A stretch of DNA of 64,000 nt from Lepidodermella squamata (lineage: Eukaryota > Animalia > Gastrotricha), in contig JBLDXI010000054.1 of assembly GCA_047495785.1 (NCBI GenBank), forward strand, positions 1,674,001 to 1,738,000, written 5' to 3'. Position 1 is the stretch's first letter, and each line of letters opens with the position of its first letter. Positions 55,888 through 64,000 of the stretch are shown here, one piece after another. The notes beneath the pieces are model-generated. The model had not been told where the DNA came from and did no database searches. It saw only the letters and a list, made by a program, of their open reading frames with translations. The position numbers and the translations under genes were made by a program.

Positions 55888-57147
55888 TCATCGACTGCTT
55901 CGAGGACCAGTATTCACGAGCAGTCTACTGAGCTTCTCAACTTGAACTCTAACTCTGAAGCTGGAAAAGAAAGTTGTCACTTGATTGGAGAAACCGGGTT
56001 TCAAAGTTTGCAGAGCTGGGGCGATCGCCATTTCTAGCACCAGGACAAGCACAGACGATTTATACATGTCCGAAGTCAAAATCTGAGGCCCTGCGCCGTC
56101 GTAGAGCGTGAACAGAATGAAACAGACTATCACGGGCCCATGAAACAGCGTGTAGACCAGGAAAAACAGCAGGGACTGCTTGGCGAAGAATATCTCTCTT
56201 TCGAGCCATTCATTTCCCCTTTGGCTCAATTGACTCGTGGATACCGTGCTTACAAAAGATGGACGACCCGAAGTTTTCGCCGTCATCCTGTGGGTCGATT
56301 TCTTTCTAGCAGCTCGGATGACTCCAAACATTAGCCTGTAATACAAAACCTGGAGGATCGGGCTAAGAATAAAAAAGAGCAATTACCAATAGTTACGCAT
56401 TATAATAGCGTCATAAAGGCCAACGTAGCCTACAAATATCATGATGCGTAACGCGGATGAATCCATGCCTCCAATGAGTCGATATTCGAAATTCCCGCAA
56501 ACAGGCCCTGAAAAGGTTTCATTAACGCCTATGACAACAACGCTGTGCTGGACGTTTGGGGCGAAGGGGTAGATTGCCGCGGGTGTTAGAATGGCTCCGC
56601 CTACAGCGGCCACCATGATAGCGACAAAAATGGTCTGTGCGAAAAAACAGCTTTATGAGAGATGCAATTTCTGGGTAGAACCAACCTTTTTCACGCTGAA
56701 CTTTGCGTTTGGGTTCATCGAAACAATGCACAGCCTCCGCTCGTAGCTGATCATCATCATCATTTGAATGCTGATACCAGCCATATAATACGTGATATAT
56801 AGGGTAATAGTGCAAGACCAGTTGCCAAACTCCCAGGAACCGTTACGAGTCGTCACTGTCATAGCGGTTGAGAAGGCAATACAGAATGCCGTGTTGACTA
56901 GTGCTAAAATAGTGACGAGGAAAAGGAAATTAGTCCTAACTTTTCGCTTGTAATACACTATGACATTGGCGGCGTTTGCTATGATAACGCAACACGTTGT
57001 TATCCAGAAGATGATGGTGAAACCCAATCGGTTATTAAACGATTGAGCTGGGCTGTTGAAACTGCCGATAAAGAAGAATCTACCTTCTTCATATCCATGA
57101 TCGGGTAGTTTTGCGAAATGCCAAGCCCCTCCAATTGTATAATTCAT
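55888..57147 (-). CDS. Divergent class A GPCR; 3 exons (introns 56635-56685, 56336-56386)
   Basis: Three track ORFs join in frame through two 51-nt GT-AG introns. Confidence 0.9.
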
Positions 57148-57515
57148 TTATTTCGCTGTCCTCTGGAAAGAAAGAATCCTTTTATTTATCCTGTTGCTGC
57201 AACTGACTAGATTTAGGAGTTCAAGCTTGATACTGATTGAGTTTGCTTGAATTAGCTAAACAAAGCAATGTGCTAGGGTAACGTTTTTCGATCGATAGCA
57301 TCCTCGAACAATTGACAGGGATCGATGTGGATTGAACGCATAAAAATATAAAATAGATTGCATTTTGAGGAGGTATGCCCGGAAGGATTTTTCCGGCTTC
57401 GAAAGTCACGTCTACGTATGCTTTTTACAGCGATTTCGCCTCCGTACTTGCTTTTTCCTAACTCAGGAATTAGCTTTGAATGAAGGAAGTCTCAAATCGC
57501 ATGCTAAGAACGTTG

Positions 57516-58227
57516 CCATCGGGTATTACCAAGAAGCATTTGCTGCAGTTGCTCAAAAAGAGACTTTAGGTTGAACTGCTGGACTCGCCGATCCCGTGCC
57601 CAGTCGTGCAGACACAATTTTCAGCAGGGTGCGAAGTACAGGGGTGCTGGGGTGTCGCGACAACACACGCGATTTTTGTGTTGCTCAATATTAGGAACAC
57701 ATCAGCTCGAAAATCCTACTTCGCACACTGATTTTCAGTTGCATGCATCATGCATGGCTTCATCTTCTGATTGTGACATTGGGCGTTCAATACCACGAAG
57801 AATGGATGTACGGTTATTTCGGCTAACAAAATTTGCCCACGGATCACAGATTGTTCAGCTGGACCTAAAAATGATCGAATCCGATAGGCGATAGGATATA
57901 TAGGCCTGAGGCTTAGGCTAGCATTTGTTCCCAGGAACATCTTTAGCGTCGCTGAAAAAGCTTTTTACGTAGCCTTGAAAAGTAACCTTGTTGAACCCTG
58001 ACCCTGAACCCGTAACGCAAAGTCTCCCGCAAAGTCTCCTTTTGAGCAACTGCAGCAAATGCTTCTTGGTAATACCCGATGCTCGCCGTGTTGGCCCGAA
58101 GCTGGAACTGTCGGTTCCGACAGGACAAATCTAATCACGTAACAAGGCTTTTTACATAGCCTTGAAAAGTAACCTTGTTGTCCTGTCGGAACCGACAGTT
58201 CCAGCTTCGGGCCAACACGGCGAGCAT
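57516..58227. repeat. Nested inverted and direct repeats, including a perfect 50-bp inverted repeat
   Basis: 58079-58128 is the exact reverse complement of 58178-58227; about 57518-57568 is inverted at about 58031-58080; gctttttac(g/a)tagccttgaaaagtaaccttgttg occurs at 57960 and 58147. Confidence 0.9.
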
Positions 58228-59553
58228 GTGACTTTATTTTACCCACAGTAAACAAATATTGCTCAAAGTGAAAAAGAGTTGCTTCCTATCAGCGCCGGTT
58301 TCTTGCCTTTTGTCACTGAATTCTTCCGTCTTCCGTGTTATCGATGTGAGTTTCAGTTGAGCCTTCAAATTATCATCTCCGAGACGCTGATGCTGAATTG
58401 TTGTGAGACGTATTGCCCATTTCGCCATCGATCGTTCGAAAATGGGATGAGAACAGATGAAAAACATTGTTTGTTTGTTCGTTGGGGTGGAGGGGACCAT
58501 TTAGTAAATTCCATTAGATTGTAGTGACGAGACCCTATCAATACCAAATGCCTCAGGAAATCTATCAAGTCAAGCGCTATATTGCTTCCTCGATTTGCGA
58601 TCGCGATATTTCAGACTGAAGTCGCGTGTAACCACGGCTTGATGGGGAGATGATGGGTAGTGCCGCGAGTCTCCTTGAATTTGTCGTCCCAATTATTGAT
58701 TAGCCCTGATTCCAATTTGCCGATGATTAGATGCGAAAGACAAAGGCTCATTGAATGAGATGGATTGTCGTTTGTAAACCTCCATGAGAAAGAAATCCTC
58801 AGCTTTATGAACAAAAAACTGACACCAAAGGCTAGTTGGATGCGAACGTGTTACCTGAAACGTGTTACAAAACGGCCTTTGTTATCAAACGTGTTCAACC
58901 TTGTGGCAAAAAACCGCCTGAGGATTGCTTTGAACTAATGACTAAATGTCAACCGTCCGTAAGATTCTGACTCTCTTCAGGCACTGGCAAATGCGTTGAT
59001 TACCACGGCCTCCTGCGACGGGAGTTGACGTTGCCACCAACTCGATGTCACGTAGCAGAAAAATACGTTGATAATTTGTACACCTCAGAAGGATCGTGAA
59101 AACATTAACTGCGCAGTAGAATTAAAGCTACTCTAAGTGAGCAGTAGATTGCGTCCACGAATTTCGAGGTTAGGATGGGATGCACTGTGAACAGATGCGT
59201 TTGAGCCGTTAATGACTGAGAACAGGCGAATGCCACACTGCCGATGGGGTAAGAAACAAAAGCATGTTGAAAGTAGTTTGAACTTTCTCGATGTCAGGTT
59301 GGCGTAGAAGATGATAACTTGCATTTTTTACCCAAGATGATCATCCATCGCTACGCAATGGAATTGAAAGGCACTCACTCCAGGCAATTCACGTGTCCGC
59401 AAAAAATGGTCCACTAAATTGCTCATATATTAACAACAGCTAATTGCCGACCCATGCTATAATAAATGAGAAGTACGAAGGAGCTAGGGTATAAAAGGTG
59501 AGCTTCAGTCGATAGATTTTGCATTTCTCTCAACAACTTTCTGTTTACTAAAG

Positions 59554-60930
59554 ATGAATTACTCAAACTTGGCAATTCTCGTTGCCACCTTTGGCTGTAC
59601 TGCTGCCTGTCCCGCTACGACAAATACAACACCGTGCCCAGCTAGGTCGGCAACAGTCGATGGCGCTTGCCCTACGGGCCAGAGCTGCCTGACTACATCG
59701 AACCCCTGCCCGATCGGTCAAAGCTGCCTATCTAAGGCTGTAACTTGCCCGGATGGTCAAATGTGCATCACCGCTTCAAACCCATGCCCGACTGGCCAAA
59801 CTTGTCTCAACACAGCGAATCCTTGCCCCGCCAGCAAGAGCTGCCTGCTGACATCGAATCCATGCGACACTGGTAAAACCTGTTTGGACGCGACCAACCC
59901 TTGCCCCGCCGGCCTTACCTGCTCGGCACCTACTTGCCCTACCGATCAGAGCTGCAAAAGCAATTCCAACCCATGCCCGGCTGGACAAAGCTGTCTGGCT
60001 ACAGTACCACCCTCTTGCCCTGCCTCTCAAAGCTGCAAGGATGATTCGAACCCATGTGGCGCTGGTCTTAGCTGCTTGTCATCGACACCACCTTCTTGCC
60101 CAGGTGGTCAAAGCTGTAAGCTGGATTCCAACCCGTGCCCCTCTTCCCAAAGCTGCAAGGACGATTCCAACCCGTGCGCTGCTGGCTTGAGCTGTTTGTC
60201 ATTGGTCCCACCTTCCTGTCCAGGTGGTCAAAGCTGCAAGCTCGATTCTAACCCGTGCGCTGCTGGTCTAAGCTGTTTGTCATCGACACCACCTTCTTGC
60301 CCTGGTGGTCAGAGCTGCAAGCTCGATTCTAACCCTTGCCCTGCTTCGCAAAGCTGCAAGGACGATACGAACCCGTGCGCTGCTGGCCAAAGCTGCATGG
60401 CAACGGCTCCACCCCCTTGCAAGGCCGGTCAGAGCTGTCAAACGCCGGTGAGATTTCACTAATTTTGCCATAATAAGGTTCCTTACGTCTTGCAATTATG
60501 GTAGCTTGTATTCAGCATGTGCGAATTGACGACTGTCGGTGGTGGGAAATCGGTCAAATTTTGCACAGCAAACGCTGGAGCCTGCAATTCGGTCTTGAAT
60601 ACCGGCATACTTGTAAAATTAGCGATTAAGTGATAATACTAGGTATTTTTACACTTATATCTTCAGGCTTTGGGGCTCGATGGACAGAGCACTTACCCGT
60701 CATTCGAAGCATGCTGCAGTCAGCTAGATGCGAATGTGAACCGCATCAAATACGAGCACGTCGACACTGGTACAGCGCAGATATCTACGTGCATAGGCGT
60801 TTCTACTTCGACGCCCTACGAAATGAACGGCCCTGTCAGTCAAGGTCTTCCTGCTTATTGCGTCCGTTTCCCTTATACTTACGCTGGAAAAAGATACGTT
60901 GCGACCACCGATGGAGTAAGTGATAATTGA
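59554..60930 (+). CDS. Secreted cysteine-rich tandem-repeat protein; probably 3 exons (introns 60448-60504, 60613-60666)
   Basis: Signal peptide, 20 C-x5-C units (consensus CPAGQSC), non-repetitive Cys-containing C-terminal domain; TATAAAA at 59491. Confidence 0.82.
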
Positions 60931-61452
60931 AGTCAAAATTAGCTGACTTTACGGTTGAATTATGCATTTTAGCCTAGCAAGACGGGTACATTCAAATTCG
61001 CATCGTACACTAGATGCTGTTCGGCTCTTTCTGATGCGCCGTATTTCACCTTCGGCACGGCAGCGTCAGCATACGGCGTCAATTTTGAAACATGCAAAGG
61101 GGATATCAATCCGCCAAACCCCGGCGGCGGCGGTGTCTCACGATAATTCTATTTCCCACTTCTCCCATATTCCTGAAACAGACATTGTGCTTTACAGACC
61201 TTACTTTGCCTTGACTCTTGTTAATGATTTAATTGATTGTTATGGATATAACTTTAAGTAAAAAGCTTGTAAAGCATAGCGCTGGATGTTCAGGTGAGGG
61301 AATGAGGTTTTTGAACCCATGAGATCCAGCGTGAATATTTTACACGAGCTATTCGTGAATCGGTCCGAATACTCGGGTCGAGTGTGCGACTTTCAGGGGG
61401 GATGGGGAGATCGAGGTTTTTACTTCAGACACTGGTCATCAGCAAAAGCCTA

Positions 61453-64000
61453 TCATTTTCTTAATTTTCCGGATAGACACAGACCGCAGATGGCTGCGGC
61501 GATCGCAATTGAAACGGCTGAAATAAGAGAAGTCATGGCCTGGCCATCGTGGTGAATCATCAGCGCTATCAGTAGGGTCGCAATCAAAATCGTTATTTTC
61601 CCGTAGACAAATGCGCACCAGGCTTTATAGGAGACGGAATTCCTAACTGATAGCTGGGGCAAGGAGATTGACGGTTTAGAGATAAGAGCTGGATGTATGG
61701 CTGTATGGGATGAGCGATAAGAAAAAATTGCTGATTTCAAACAAGAAAATGTAAAGGTGAGAAGAGCAAGTGCCATGAAAGTTACTGAAGCTTTCGGTCC
61801 AATGATAACGCCACTGACATCACATTCATCGCGGAAAAACGTATTCGAAACACTCTCTGCTTCCACAATGTTGTCCAAGACCGGCTTCCCCGTAATAGGA
61901 TGAACGGCTAGAGCTATAGCAAAGAGAATCGCCGAGAAAGTAGGAATTAGGTAATTGACACTCAGCTGTAGCCGATTTTGTAGATTTGTCTGCTTTGTAC
62001 GAAAGCGTTTCTTCGTTCTCATTTGATCTCCAGCACTTGTGAACTTGGCCATTAATCCCAGTTGAATCAGGCACAAGCCCCACCATACCAACACAGCTGT
62101 AGTCGAGCATCTCACAGACGAATCTTCGATGGATACCAGAAAATTGTTGGAAATCAGCAGGAAAGCACCGAGATTCAGCATAAAGTCATCCGGCCTATTC
62201 ACAATCACCTTTCCAGTTTTTATCATGAAGAAAGAAGGCGGAATCAAAAGCAAGAATGACGTTACTTCAAAAAGCGAAAACAAAGTTTTAATTAGTTCAA
62301 TAACAAAATCGACTTACCGCAGAAAAACAGGGTTGCCTCCATAGGTAGAATTCGTACTGGCATTACTCGGCTCTGAATCGTATCTTTGGGGGGCTTTCCG
62401 TCTTTCGTGCGCCACTTAATCTTATTGCTAAAAACTACCATCGAATCATTCGGCTTGAGGTTGGATTTGTAAAAGCCGATCATTTCACGGCTTGACGTAT
62501 TGTGGCGTACGATAATTTGTTGGAAAATTATTGGCATGCTGCCCGAGGACCAAGACGTGTTTCGATCGAATGAATACTCGCCTCTGAGGCCAGTCATTGA
62601 GAATGCATATATCTCATTTTCTAGAATTGACAGGATTTCCGCCGGATTTGTGCGGTAATTTTCAGAGCTTGTGAACCAGTCTGACAGCGTCATGTTTCCT
62701 AACAAATTTCGGATTGAAAAGCAGTTTGTAAATAAAGTTTTGCTCACGATGTTTCAGGTGAGCTTCAGTTGAGTTGAGAAGAAGGCCGATTGCAACGTAC
62801 TTATCATAAAGCACCGGAATCCAGTAATCATATCCTTCAACGTGACTGGGCATTTTGACTTCATTGCGGATTGCTATATTTATATCATTCAAAGTCGCAC
62901 CAGTAACATTATCTCGATGATCAGGTCCGTAAATTTCAGCCAGAGGCGCATCTCCTGCGTAAAAAGCACCGGCCAACACATCTAAAAGCATAGCCTGATT
63001 GCACCAACTGCTCAAATGAGGCGGCATTGCGTTGCTCTCATCGATCGAGTTCCACATGAACAAAAAAATAACATAACCAGGTCCGTATAAGCCATATTTA
63101 TGCAAGTAACAACCGATTGTTGGGCTGTCGGTGTTCATTGATAGGATTATTCGCGGGTCTCGTAGTTTTAGCTCAGAAAACATCGAGTCGAGCTCATACT
63201 CATCGCGAGTTGACGCCCTCAGTTTACCCATGAACGCCAGGCTTATATTTAATTTATCCAGGTTTCGTAGTAAAGGTGGTTCGAGCTGAAATAATAATAT
63301 CAAAACATGTTTGCATTATAGTGAAGGCCCTTCTCGGCACGACTATTCATTATTCCCAATTCGTAATTAAACTTTAGGAAAATGATAGGCCAAGAGTAGG
63401 GGTTATGGTTAGGGTTGGAACCCAATCCTATTCCTAACTAAGGTAGAGGCTAGTGCTAGTGTTTGAGGTGTGGAGCTAGGATTAGGTTTGGGGTTAGGGT
63501 TACCAGTGGAGGATGGATTGGGGTTAGGAGTTAGTTGGGGTAAGGTATGCATAATTACCAGATCGTTGAATCTCAGGTTGTCGGTGATAAGAGATACCCT
63601 CGTCCATCCAAGTTTGCTAACCATCCTCGCCAGAGCTAGGGTGTAATAGTCTGTACTCTCGCCTAAGAAGTAGTACGGTTGACTCGTTTTCCGTTGCTGG
63701 TAAAATGTGATATCGTTCGGAAATGCCGAGAGTGCAATGACATTGTTTGGTCGGCTTGCGTAAGCAGAAATCCGCTGAGCCACTGCAGAGCAATCCGATG
63801 AAGCGACAAGCGGGAATATTGCTTCAGATCGACCGAGACGATCCAGTTTTTCCATCAAGCTCTTCGTCACAGTTTCTGCATTGCACTGTACAAAATGTGA
63901 GCTGAACCTACATAATTGATAATAAATGCTCCTGCTCACGTTATCTCGAATCAGTTCGAACACAACGTTGTAGTTTTCCAAGAAGTTTGGCAGGGCATTG
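61453..64000 (-). CDS. GABA-B-receptor-like class C GPCR, 5' end outside the window; introns 63286-63558, 62699-62747, 62265-62317
   Basis: LGWTRVSLI, DPRIIL, GLYGPGYV, LLNSTE, IKWRTKDGKPPKD, 7TM; most similar to 20140-22762. An additional intron near 63900-63950 is possible. Confidence 0.85.
63398..63545 (+). repeat. Degenerate TTAGGG-like minisatellite inside an intron
   Basis: ggttagggtt, ggggttagggtta, ggggttaggagttag runs. Confidence 0.7.

Noticed and set aside
18841-57147. Opsin gene cluster
   Set aside because: Only one of 12 copies has Lys at 7.43; no NPxxY or counterion.
63409-63558. PNPNP-rich C-terminus of the 190-aa track ORF
   Set aside because: Read-through into an intron containing telomere-like repeats.

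Overview
Compact animal (invertebrate-type) genomic DNA with very short GT-AG introns, mostly 49-61 nt, so the ORF track splits or misses many genes. 1-6.6 kb is part of an apparently intact Polinton/Maverick (adintovirus-like) element. It carries a packaging ATPase cut by the window edge, a single ORF fusing a parvovirus-VP1-type phospholipase A2 to a retroviral-type integrase plus chromodomain with an adenain-type cleavage motif at the junction, and a 1347-aa protein-primed PolB. tRNA-like Pol III motifs follow. 7.3-18.1 kb holds a head-to-head pair of Ly6/uPAR-like genes, a defective En/Spm (CACTA) element, a polypeptide GalNAc-transferase with an unusual hydrophobic C-tail, a spliced TIR + coiled-coil gene largely missed by the ORF track, and a C-type lectin receptor. 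18.8-64 kb is a birth-and-death receptor cluster: 12 full-length copies (4 disrupted) of a divergent class A GPCR family reminiscent of FFAR4, interleaved with 4 GABA-B-like class C GPCRs, transposon relics and a secreted Cys-repeat protein. All calls come from manual translation and motif recognition; no database searches were run and the organism cannot be identified.
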